A DNA stretch of 64,000 bases from contig DASZRY010000001.1 in the NCBI GenBank assembly GCA_035548975.1, positions 1,439 through 65,438 on the forward strand, written 5' to 3'. Positions 26,879 to 35,533 of this stretch are shown here, piece after piece. A program made the position numbers and the translations under genes. How positions within the stretch are numbered: the first letter of the stretch is position 1; each line of letters opens with the position of its first letter. The stretch is from Rhizomicrobium sp. Lineage in GTDB: Bacteria > Pseudomonadota > Alphaproteobacteria > Micropepsales > Micropepsaceae. The notes beneath the pieces are model-generated. The model made no database searches. It worked only from the letters and a program-made list of their open reading frames with translations, and was not told where the DNA came from.

Positions 26879-26985
26879 CCATACAGACCAGCAAGCTTGC
26901 AATCGTTACTGGTTTGTAAATCCCTAAAACTTTCAACAAATCTCAGCGTACCCGGTAAGCGGCTGGCATCGCATTTTGTAGCAGG

Positions 26986-29900
26986 ATGGAGCAGCGGCCG
27001 CGGACAACTCGCGGGCAGAACTGGGGCTTTTGCGCAATGGCGCAGCGCGCGACGAAGTTTGCCAAGAAGACGTCACGCCACGTTGAAGTGGGCGCGCTTG
27101 CGCGCGCGCCGTCCACTGCGAAAGACGAAATGCGCAGCGTGCCTCTCGATCTGCTGCCGTTGCTGCAGCCCTTCAAGAAGCGCGGGCGGCTCTCGGTGCG
27201 GGTCGAGAAGCTGCCGATCCAGGCACGCCTTTCCGCGGGCCGCAACAATGGCGACCGTTCCTACTCGTTGATGATGGACGAGTTGGAGGATCTCGAATAT
27301 CTCGCTCCCGAAGGCACCGATCCGCGGCCGGTTCTATCGGTGCGTGTGATCAGCCTCGATGACGGCGACGCTTCGACCATCGCGGTGAAGGAAATCACCG
27401 TGGAATTCGGCGAGGAAGAGAATTTCGGCGAAATAGATCTCGCGAACATCAGCAATGATGAGCTGCGCCGCCTGATCGAAGAATTGACGCGCGTGAAATC
27501 CACACTGTCGCTGCGCGAAGCGGAATTGAACGAAATTCGTTCCAAGAACAGCGCCAACGGTAAATTGCCGCCGGGAACTTTCGAGGCTGAACTCGCCGCC
27601 GCACGCGCGGCTTGGAAGGTCGAGATGGACGAGAAGATCGCCAAGGTCAAAGCCGAGGCGGCCGCAAATCTCGAACGGAGCTGGAGCGCCTGGCAGGCCG
27701 AGCAGGAAAAGAAATCCGGCGCCGCCGATATCGAGAAAGAACGCATCCGCTGGCAGCAGGAAAGCGTGGCAGCCATAGCGCGCGCGGAAAAGGAGTGGAA
27801 AGCGGCCGAAGAGCGGCGCTTCGTGGCGGCCGAAGCCAAGTGGCGCGAGCACACCGAAGCCCAGGTGGAAAAGACGCGCGCTTCCTCCCGCGCGATGCGC
27901 GAGCATGGCGATCAGATCGAGTTGCGGCGCCTGCGCGACGAATTGCTGGCAATGCAAAATCTGCTTGCCGAGCGCGACGCGGAAATTGCGCAGATGCGGG
28001 CGTCCGGCCCCAAAGCGGCTCCGCAGGGCAGGCAGGAGATCGAAGCCGCCGTCGCAAAGGCGCAGAAAGAATGGAAGGAAGCAGAAGCGGCTCGCTTTTC
28101 GGCCGCCGAAGCGCGCTGGAAGGAACTGACGGAGAAAGCCGTTGCGGAAGCACTGTCCAACTCCAAACCCGGGCGCGATCAGGGCGAAGCGGAATTGCGC
28201 CGCCTGCGCGAGGAGTTGTCCACAACACAGGCCAAGCTTGCCAATCGCGAAAAGGAGTTGGCGCAATCCCACTCGACGTCGAAGTCCGGCCGCGAGCAAA
28301 CCGATTCCGAATTGCGGCGCCTGCGGGATCAGGCATCCACGCTCCAGGTCAAACTCATCGAGCGGGAAAAGGAGCTGGCACAGGCACAGGTCGCGATACG
28401 CGAGGCGCAGGAAAGCGAGCGGCGGAACGCGGAAGCCGTTCTGAACAAGGCCGAGCAGAGCTGGAAGGCGCGCGAAGCGGAGCGCTTCGCCGCCGCCCAG
28501 GCGCAATGGCAGGAAAAGACCGCCAAAGCGATCGCAGAAGCGCACGCGCAAGCCAAAGCCGAACTTGCGAAGGAACGCGAGCGCTGGAAAGCGGAAGCCG
28601 ATGCGACGCTTGCAAAAGCCGAAGCGGTTTGGAAGGCGCGGGAAGCCGATCGCCTTGCCGCCGCCGAATCCCAGTGGCAGCAGAAATCGTCAAGCGCGCT
28701 GTCTGAGGCGCGCGCGCAGATCCAGGCGGCCCGCGATCAGAGCGAACTCGAACTGACGCGTCTGCGCACAGAACTCACCATCGCACAGACCAGGCTCTCC
28801 GAACGCGACGCCTCTCTGGCCGAGGCGCGCGCCACCATTGAGCGCGTGCGCGAAGAAAGCAAAGCCAATCTTATCAATGCTGAGAAAGCGTGGCGAACCG
28901 AAGAAAACGCGCGTGCCGCTGCTGTCGAGAAGCGGATGCGCGAACAGGCAGGCTCCGCGCTCACGGAGGCTGAGATAGCGCGCAAGGAAGCAGAGGCCGA
29001 ACTTCGCAAATTGCGGGAACACTCCGCGGTTATCGAAGCCACGCTAGCCGACCGCGAACTGGAACTCACACAGGCCATCGCCCGCATCAATGCCACCGAG
29101 CGCCAGCTCGACGATTTGCGAGAGAACGAAGACATCCAGGTGCGCCGCGTGAAAGGCGAGGTCGCCGCGCTCGAAAAGCAGCTTGCGGAACGCGACGAAG
29201 AACTCGCGCAGGCCCGTCTCTTTGCCGAACGGTCCTACGAGCGTTGGCAAAAACAGGCAGAAGCCGAACTTGCCAAGGCGCAGAAGGCATGGAAGTCCGC
29301 GGAAGCTTCGCGATTGGCTGCAGCACGCGCCGAATGGCAGGAAGAATCCCGCAAGGCGTTGCAGGAATCGCTAGAAGCAGAGCGACGTTCCGGCCGATTG
29401 CCGCCCGTGCGCGCGCCGGAAGAAGCCGTCAGCGTCGATATCGCGGGGATTGCCGAAGACCGTCCAATGCCGGAATTCGCGCCGCCGCCGCAGAACGCTC
29501 CTTATGCGCCGCCGAGAGCGCCCATCGTCGATGCGCGCCATGCCGCCGACGAGGCGCTCGACCGTCTGGCGATGGATGCGTATCAATTGCTGGCCAGCGC
29601 CGGTTCTGTGGATGCCGTCAGCCCCACCGATACGAAGATCATCAAGGGGGGATTCATCGAGCGCCGCAAGGCCGACCGCGCAAAGAATGACAACACCACC
29701 TGGATCATGGCAGGCGCGGCGGCCGGCGTTGCAGCCCTCGTTGCCGTCATCGCACTATTCTTCTTGCCATCGTCCTCGGGAAGCGATGTCGCCGCAATGT
29801 CGCAGCAGCCTGTTCCGAAAGCGGCGCCCGCGTCCTTGCCGCAGAAGCCCGTGCTGCCAAAGGCCACGATGCTGCGCACGATGAATGTGCGCTCAGGTCC

Positions 29901-30330
29901 TTCGACCTCGGACGAAATCGTCACCACATTGAAGGAGGGCGAGCTTGTCACGCCGGGCGAGCGTAAGGGGAATTGGATACACATCGATATCGATGCGGCG
30001 AACGGCATGCCGGCAATGAAGGGGTGGGTGCTGGCCAGCTCGCTGCAGCTGCCCGCTGGTCTGCCAGAGGGACCTGCTCCCGAGACTGCAGCCCCCGAAG
30101 CCGCCACAGACACTGCGGAGCCCGCCTCACCACCCGCCACAGCGCCGGAAAAGGTCGAGGCCCAGGCCCCGGAGCCTGCGCAAACGACCGCGCCGCCGCC
30201 CGAAGAGGCTCAGACGCCTGCACCGCCACAGCCGCAGGCCTCCACCCCGGAGCCAGAGCCGCAGTCTCCCGTGCCGGCCGCCCCGGCCGCAGACCCATCG
30301 GCGGCCCCAGCTCCCTCTCCGGCCCAGTAG
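26986..30330 (+). CDS. Giant hypothetical protein: Ig/cadherin-like N domain, long repeat coiled coil, single TM, SH3b domain, Pro/Ala-rich tail
   Basis: LSAGRNNGDRSYSL..ELEDL N-domain; repeated WK..E..R.AAAE..W and ELRRLR.E......L..RE.ELAQ units; TM at ~29701-29769; NVRSGPST...GNWIHI...GWV SH3b; start 26986 or 27037. Confidence 0.85.
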   Translation: MEQRPRTTRGQNWGFCAMAQRATKFAKKTSRHVEVGALARAPSTAKDEMRSVPLDLLPLLQPFKKRGRLSVRVEKLPIQARLSAGRNNGDRSYSLMMDELEDLEYLAPEGTDPRPVLSVRVISLDDGDASTIAVKEITVEFGEEENFGEIDLANISNDELRRLIEELTRVKSTLSLREAELNEIRSKNSANGKLPPGTFEAELAAARAAWKVEMDEKIAKVKAEAAANLERSWSAWQAEQEKKSGAADIEKERIRWQQESVAAIARAEKEWKAAEERRFVAAEAKWREHTEAQVEKTRASSRAMREHGDQIELRRLRDELLAMQNLLAERDAEIAQMRASGPKAAPQGRQEIEAAVAKAQKEWKEAEAARFSAAEARWKELTEKAVAEALSNSKPGRDQGEAELRRLREELSTTQAKLANREKELAQSHSTSKSGREQTDSELRRLRDQASTLQVKLIEREKELAQAQVAIREAQESERRNAEAVLNKAEQSWKAREAERFAAAQAQWQEKTAKAIAEAHAQAKAELAKERERWKAEADATLAKAEAVWKAREADRLAAAESQWQQKSSSALSEARAQIQAARDQSELELTRLRTELTIAQTRLSERDASLAEARATIERVREESKANLINAEKAWRTEENARAAAVEKRMREQAGSALTEAEIARKEAEAELRKLREHSAVIEATLADRELELTQAIARINATERQLDDLRENEDIQVRRVKGEVAALEKQLAERDEELAQARLFAERSYERWQKQAEAELAKAQKAWKSAEASRLAAARAEWQEESRKALQESLEAERRSGRLPPVRAPEEAVSVDIAGIAEDRPMPEFAPPPQNAPYAPPRAPIVDARHAADEALDRLAMDAYQLLASAGSVDAVSPTDTKIIKGGFIERRKADRAKNDNTTWIMAGAAAGVAALVAVIALFFLPSSSGSDVAAMSQQPVPKAAPASLPQKPVLPKATMLRTMNVRSGPSTSDEIVTTLKEGELVTPGERKGNWIHIDIDAANGMPAMKGWVLASSLQLPAGLPEGPAPETAAPEAATDTAEPASPPATAPEKVEAQAPEPAQTTAPPPEEAQTPAPPQPQASTPEPEPQSPVPAAPAADPSAAPAPSPAQ

Positions 30331-30443
30331 CTGCCGACAACACGGATTGCGGAAACTTCACCTGCGGGATAGCCGCTCGGGAGGTTGCTCTGCTAATCTG
30401 AGTCCATAGGTCCGCGCTTGCAGACCGCCGAGGAGGAGTTTGT

Positions 30444-30779
30444 ATGCTTCGCAAGATTTTTATCGGGGCTGCCTGCGGCCTTTCCATCGTGACGATTTCC
30501 TCGCCGTCAATGGCGCTGGACGCGCTGATGCTCCCCAATGCGCAAACTGCAAGTACGCCCAATTCGGCGGCGCTCATCCAAACACCGGATGACAAGAAGG
30601 ACGACAAGAGTTCCTGGCACTTCAGCGTTTCCGGCAATTCCGGCGGATATGCCGGTCGGAACATGTTCGCACCCGGCGCATTCGGCCCGAATTCCGATCC
30701 GTCGAACCCGATGGGACCGATGAAGACCTATGGCCCGCCGGATAGCCAGCAGACGAGCGACCCTTTTTTCCATAACTGA
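30444..30779 (+). CDS. Small secreted hypothetical protein
   Basis: GAGGAGGAG RBS; N-terminal signal peptide; Gly/Pro/Ser-rich body. Confidence 0.7.
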   Translation: MLRKIFIGAACGLSIVTISSPSMALDALMLPNAQTASTPNSAALIQTPDDKKDDKSSWHFSVSGNSGGYAGRNMFAPGAFGPNSDPSNPMGPMKTYGPPDSQQTSDPFFHN

Positions 30780-30903
30780 ACCAGCGGGCGTATAGTTGTT
30801 CCATCACGAAGGTTGCGGGTTTCTCGCGACCGACGGCGAGTTCGGCCGCCTGGCCAGCAGCGATTCCCGCATCCCGAAAGCAAACGCTTTGGGAGGAACG
30901 CTT

Positions 30904-31770
30904 ATGACCATCAGAAACCCCATCGAGTGGAGCGGTTCGCAATTGGTGAATGCCGCCAATGCCGTGCGTTACGCGACCGATTCCCTGCATCACATCCAGG
31001 AAACCATCCACTCTCCCGCCCCTGCAGTGCGCCACATCCATTTCGCCGATATCACGGAGTCGCTGAAGCAGGGCTTTGCGGATTTTCAGGCCTATCGCAC
31101 CGACGTGATCTTCCTGTGCGTGATCTATGTCGTGCTCGGACTTGTGTTCGCGCGGCTGGCATTTGGCATGGATCTGCTGCCGCTTCTCTTCCCGCTTGCT
31201 TCCGGGTTCGCGATCATCGGACCGTTCGCCGCGGTCGGCCTCTATGAAATGAGCCGTCTGCGCGAGCAGGGCATCGAAGCGAAATGGACAAATGCGTTCG
31301 ACGTGTTTCGCGCGCCCGCAGTGGGAGCGATTTCGGTCTTGGGTCTATTACTGATCGTAACCTTCCTTGTTTGGGTTGCCGTGGCCTGGCTTATCTATAA
31401 TGCCACGCTTGGGCCGGCCCAGCCGCAATCGCTGGGATCGTTCCTGCACGACGTGTTTTTCACTGCACCGGGTCAGATTATGATTGCGGCCGGCGTGGGC
31501 GCAGGGTTCCTTTTTGCGCTGTTTGCAATGTCGGTCAGCATTGTTTCATTTCCGCTGCTGCTCGATCGCGATGTTGGCCTCGACACCGCGGTGCGCACCT
31601 CGGTGCGCGCAGTAAAAGCCAACGTCCTGCCGATGGCGATATGGGGGATGATTGTCGCCGGGGCACTGGTGCTGGGTTCGCTTCCGCTGTTCGTAGGGCT
31701 TGTCGTCGTACTGCCCGTGCTTGGCCATGCGACGTGGCACCTCTACCGAAGGTTGGTTGCCTCCGCCTAA
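30904..31770 (+). CDS. DUF2189 family integral membrane protein
   Basis: LFPLASGFAIIGPFAAVGLYEMSR, VLPVLGHATWHLYRR; multiple TMs. Confidence 0.9.
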   Translation: MTIRNPIEWSGSQLVNAANAVRYATDSLHHIQETIHSPAPAVRHIHFADITESLKQGFADFQAYRTDVIFLCVIYVVLGLVFARLAFGMDLLPLLFPLASGFAIIGPFAAVGLYEMSRLREQGIEAKWTNAFDVFRAPAVGAISVLGLLLIVTFLVWVAVAWLIYNATLGPAQPQSLGSFLHDVFFTAPGQIMIAAGVGAGFLFALFAMSVSIVSFPLLLDRDVGLDTAVRTSVRAVKANVLPMAIWGMIVAGALVLGSLPLFVGLVVVLPVLGHATWHLYRRLVASA

Positions 31771-31778
31771 ACCTGGAA

Positions 31779-31792
31779 TTGATCGAAATCAC
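31779..31792 (+). promoter_or_regulatory. FNR/FixK-like box upstream of chaB
   Basis: TTGATCGAAATCAC (one mismatch), centred ~60 nt before the chaB start. Confidence 0.5.
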
Positions 31793-31845
31793 AGAAACCG
31801 CCTGCCGCGCGTGCACAAATTCCACGCCGGCTGACGGAGACGAAC

Positions 31846-32058
31846 GTGCCCTATCAGACCAATGCGGAGTTACCCATTTCGGTGCGCCATCATTTGCCCG
31901 CGCATGCCCAAAGCATCTATCGCGAGGCGTTCAACCACGCATTTGAGGCCCATGCCGGTGAGGCGGATCGGGAAATCCGCTCTCACAAAATCGCGTGGTC
32001 GGCGGTAAAGCGGTCTTACGAAAAGGTCGGGGACGATTGGGTTCCTCGCGGTACTTGA
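31846..32058 (+). CDS. chaB: ChaB family protein
   Basis: MPYQTNAELP.SVRHHLPAHAQSIYREAFN...AHKIAWSAVKRSYEK.GD.W. Confidence 0.92.
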   Translation: MPYQTNAELPISVRHHLPAHAQSIYREAFNHAFEAHAGEADREIRSHKIAWSAVKRSYEKVGDDWVPRGT

Positions 32059-32106
32059 TTTGATGAATCGCAAAGTGGCGCGCCCGGGCGGTGACAGTAT
32101 CCCCGC

Positions 32107-33828
32107 ATGACGATTCACAATCCCGAGATTGCAAAGCTGTTCGATCGTTACGCGGTGCTTCTGGAGATTCAAGGCGCCAATCCTTTCCGGATTCGTGCCT
32201 ATCGAAACGCAGCGCGAACGATCGAGAATTTGCCGCGCGATATTCCGGCCATGCTGGCGGAGGGCGCCGATCTCGCAGAACTTCCGGGCATCGGCGAGGA
32301 CCTGGCCCACAAGATTGCGAACATCGTCGCCACCGAGCAATTCGCAGAACTGGAAAAGCTCAAACATCGAATGCCGATCGCGTTGGCAGACCTTACCGAA
32401 GTACCGGGAATCGGGCCGCATCGCGTCAAGACGCTTTATCGTCTTCTGAAAATCAAATCGCTGAAGGATCTTGCCGCGGCTGCGCGCAAGGGCCGTTTGA
32501 AGGAACTCCCGGGGTTCGGCCCGAGGATTGAAGCCAATATCCTGAAGAACGTCGAACAGCAATTGACCGAGCACCATCGCTACAAGCTCTCCGACGCGCA
32601 ACATATCGCGGAGTCTCTTGTCGCCTATCTCAAGGCGATACCCGGCGTGGACAAGGCCCAGGTGGCGGGCAGCTATCGCCGCCGAAAGGAAACGGTGGGC
32701 GATCTCGATATTCTCGTGACGTGCGCCAGGAGTGCGACAGTCATCGAGAAGTTCGTTTCCTATTCGGAAGTGAAAGAGGTTCTCGCGAAAGGATCGACGC
32801 GCGCTTCTGTCAAGCTGAGATCTGGCATCCAGATCGATCTAAGGGTGGTGCCGGAGCGCAGCTATGGCGCAGCGCTCGTTTATTTCACGGGTTCCAAGGC
32901 GCACAACATTGCAATACGGGCGCTGGGCCTGAAGCGCCATCTCAAATTCAATGAATATGGCGTATTTCGCGGCAAGAGATGGATCGCAGGGCGCAGCGAG
33001 AAGGACGTATATGCGCAAGTGGGACTTCCCTACATCGAGCCTGAATTGCGTGAAAACCAGGGAGAGCTAGAGGCTGCAAAACTCGGACAGCTTCCCGAAC
33101 TGATCCGCATGGAGGACATAAAGGGCGATCTTCACGTTCACACCGATGCGAGCGATGGCGAAGCCACTCTTGAAGAAATGGTGAAAGCGGCGAAAGAGCT
33201 CGGCTATCGCTATATCGCCATCACCGATCATTCCAAACACATCGGCATAACGCATGGCCTCGACACGCGCAGGCTTGCAGCCCAAATGCGAGCGATCGAC
33301 AGGCTCAACGGCAAGCTGCGTGGCATCGAAATTTTGAAGTCGGCGGAAGTCGATATCATGGCGGATGGATCGCTCGCGCTGCCGGACGGCATTCTCGAAG
33401 ATCTCGATCTTGTGGTCGCCGCAGTACATTCGAAATTCGATCTCGATGCGCAGGCCCAGACCGATCGCATGATTCGCGCGATGGACAACCCTCACGTCAA
33501 TATCATAGCCCACCCATTCGGCCGGCTTTTGGAGGAACGGGCGCCCTGTCAGCTCGATATACAGAGGTTGATGAAAGCTGCGCTCGAGCGTGGATGCCAT
33601 CTGGAAGTGAACGGCCAGCCGGCGCGGCTGGATTTGTCCGACGTGCATTGCCGCATGGCCAAACAGCTCGGCCTGAAACTTGCGATCTCGACCGATGCAC
33701 ACACGCCTGAAACGCTCGGCTATATGCGTTATGGTGTGGATCAGGCCAGGCGGGGCTGGCTTGAACCTTCCGACGTGCTCAATACCCGCGATCTTTCCGA
33801 CTTGCGGCGCCTGCTCAAGCGCCGGTAG
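32107..33828 (+). CDS. polX: DNA polymerase X with PHP 3'-5' exonuclease/phosphoesterase domain
   Basis: GANPFRIRAYR, HhH LPGIG, GSYRRRKETVGDLD, IDLRVV, YFTGSK.HN; PHP DLHVHT, TDH, STDAH. Confidence 0.95.
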   Translation: MTIHNPEIAKLFDRYAVLLEIQGANPFRIRAYRNAARTIENLPRDIPAMLAEGADLAELPGIGEDLAHKIANIVATEQFAELEKLKHRMPIALADLTEVPGIGPHRVKTLYRLLKIKSLKDLAAAARKGRLKELPGFGPRIEANILKNVEQQLTEHHRYKLSDAQHIAESLVAYLKAIPGVDKAQVAGSYRRRKETVGDLDILVTCARSATVIEKFVSYSEVKEVLAKGSTRASVKLRSGIQIDLRVVPERSYGAALVYFTGSKAHNIAIRALGLKRHLKFNEYGVFRGKRWIAGRSEKDVYAQVGLPYIEPELRENQGELEAAKLGQLPELIRMEDIKGDLHVHTDASDGEATLEEMVKAAKELGYRYIAITDHSKHIGITHGLDTRRLAAQMRAIDRLNGKLRGIEILKSAEVDIMADGSLALPDGILEDLDLVVAAVHSKFDLDAQAQTDRMIRAMDNPHVNIIAHPFGRLLEERAPCQLDIQRLMKAALERGCHLEVNGQPARLDLSDVHCRMAKQLGLKLAISTDAHTPETLGYMRYGVDQARRGWLEPSDVLNTRDLSDLRRLLKRR

Positions 33829-33936
33829 GCGGCGGCGCAATTTAATTTCCAAAAATCCCGGAGGGATTTTGCCCGCCGATCCGTGGTTAGGGATGTGGAC
33901 ATAGCCGTAAACCCCGAAAGGCAGGGTGCCCAAGGG

Positions 33937-34533
33937 ATGGCAGACAGGCCAAAAACAGAGGCGGGAGAACCAGCGTTGCCGCGCATCGGCGATGCGCCGG
34001 GAATGGACGCGCTCAAGGCCTGGTTTGTTCGCGAAGTGCTGCCGCTGGAGGCCGTGTTGATTCAATATTTGAGTCGCGGTGGACGCAGCAAATCCGACGT
34101 CGAGGATTTGCGCCAGGACCTCTACATGCGCGTCTGCCTGGCGGCGCAGCAGGAGCTTCCACGCGCCACGCGGCCGTTCGTTTTCAAGATTGCGCGCAAT
34201 CTTCTGATCGACCGGGTGCGCCACGAGCAGGTGGTACCTATCGACCAGGCGGAGAACCTAGAAGACCTCAACATCGCCATCGATGAACCAACGCCCGACC
34301 GCACGGTTATCGCGCGACAGGAGCTGCGGCGCCTGCAGCGCATTCTCGACAAGCTGCCAGAACGCTTCCGCAACGCCATCGTGATGCGCAAGGTGGAAGG
34401 GTTATCCGTGCGCGAAATCTCCGAACGCACCGGCGCGGCTGAAAAGACCGTGGAAAAACATCTGACCGAAGGGATGCGCGCGCTCGCCGAAGAACTGTAT
34501 CGGGATACGGCCGAAACGGGGAGGTCGACTTGA
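33937..34533 (+). CDS. ECF (FecI-like) RNA polymerase sigma factor
   Basis: Region 2 DVEDLRQDLYMRV...FKIARNLLIDRVR; region 4 LDKLPERFR...EGLSVREIS. Confidence 0.9.
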   Translation: MADRPKTEAGEPALPRIGDAPGMDALKAWFVREVLPLEAVLIQYLSRGGRSKSDVEDLRQDLYMRVCLAAQQELPRATRPFVFKIARNLLIDRVRHEQVVPIDQAENLEDLNIAIDEPTPDRTVIARQELRRLQRILDKLPERFRNAIVMRKVEGLSVREISERTGAAEKTVEKHLTEGMRALAEELYRDTAETGRST

Positions 34534-35513
34534 CCGGCCTCGAACAGACATCACCCAGTTCCGCCGACGAGACCGACGCGCGTGCTGCGGCATTTCTCTA
34601 CAAGCAGCACGATGTCGGAACGTGGAGCGATGACGATCAGGCGGAGCTGGACGGTTGGCTTAATGAGTCGTTCGCGAACCGTACGGCCTATTGGCGTCTG
34701 GAAGCGGCGTGGGAACGCGCCAACCGGTTGAACGCATTGCGGCCGATGGCTCGCCAGCTAAGGGCCGCCAAGCCGGAAAAAACAGGTGGACTTCCAATCA
34801 AAATTGCGGCCGCCGCCGTTTTGATTACGGCAGTAGGGGCGAGTATCTGGAAATTTCCCGCGCGGGAGAGCACGGGGTCTTATGCGACACCGATTGGCGC
34901 GCATGAGCGTATCACGCTTGCGGACGGTACGCGTATCGAATTGAACACGAATTCCGAATTGCGTCTCGAAAAGAACGCCCGCAACCGCGTCGTGCGTTTG
35001 GTGCGCGGCGAGGCGTTTTTCGAAGTGCGTCATGACGCGGCCCGGCCGTTCATCGTGTTGGCCCAAGGCCATCGTGTGGTCGATCTCGGCACCAAGTTCG
35101 TTGTTCGCGAGCAACAGGGTGGAATTCGTGTTTCCGTGCTGGAGGGAAGTGCGCGGCTGGAAGCGGGAGAGGCGGGAACATCAGCCAAAGCTGCGGTGCT
35201 GAAGCCGGGTGACGTCGCGCTTGCCACCGAGGGCTCTATCAGGATCGAGAAGGAGCATATCGACACTCTGCAGACGCAGCTGGGATGGCAGCGGGGCGTG
35301 CTCGTTTTCCATCACGCCACGCTCGCCGAGGTCGCCTCGGAATACAACCGATACAACGACCGGCGGATTGTGATCGCAGATCCCGAAGTCGCAAAACTCA
35401 CGATCAGCGCCACGCTGCCAACCAATGACGTCGATGGTTTTGCCCGCATGGCGCAGAACTTCCTGGGACTTCACGTCAAGAACGGCACCGATCGTGTCGT
35501 CATCACGCATTGA
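34530..35513 (+). CDS. FecR family anti-sigma/transmembrane sensor
   Basis: N-terminal AAA..W helix, TM, LADGTRIELNTNS, LVRGEAFFEVRHD, WQRGVLVF, EYNRYN. Confidence 0.92.
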   Translation: MTGLEQTSPSSADETDARAAAFLYKQHDVGTWSDDDQAELDGWLNESFANRTAYWRLEAAWERANRLNALRPMARQLRAAKPEKTGGLPIKIAAAAVLITAVGASIWKFPARESTGSYATPIGAHERITLADGTRIELNTNSELRLEKNARNRVVRLVRGEAFFEVRHDAARPFIVLAQGHRVVDLGTKFVVREQQGGIRVSVLEGSARLEAGEAGTSAKAAVLKPGDVALATEGSIRIEKEHIDTLQTQLGWQRGVLVFHHATLAEVASEYNRYNDRRIVIADPEVAKLTISATLPTNDVDGFARMAQNFLGLHVKNGTDRVVITH

Positions 35514-35533
35514 GTCATCGAAGAGGGGGTAAG

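Noticed and set aside
27450-29400. Repetitive DNA that could suggest a tandem array or CRISPR
   Set aside because: Repeats are degenerate, in frame and conserved at protein level; no identical repeats with unique spacers and no cas genes
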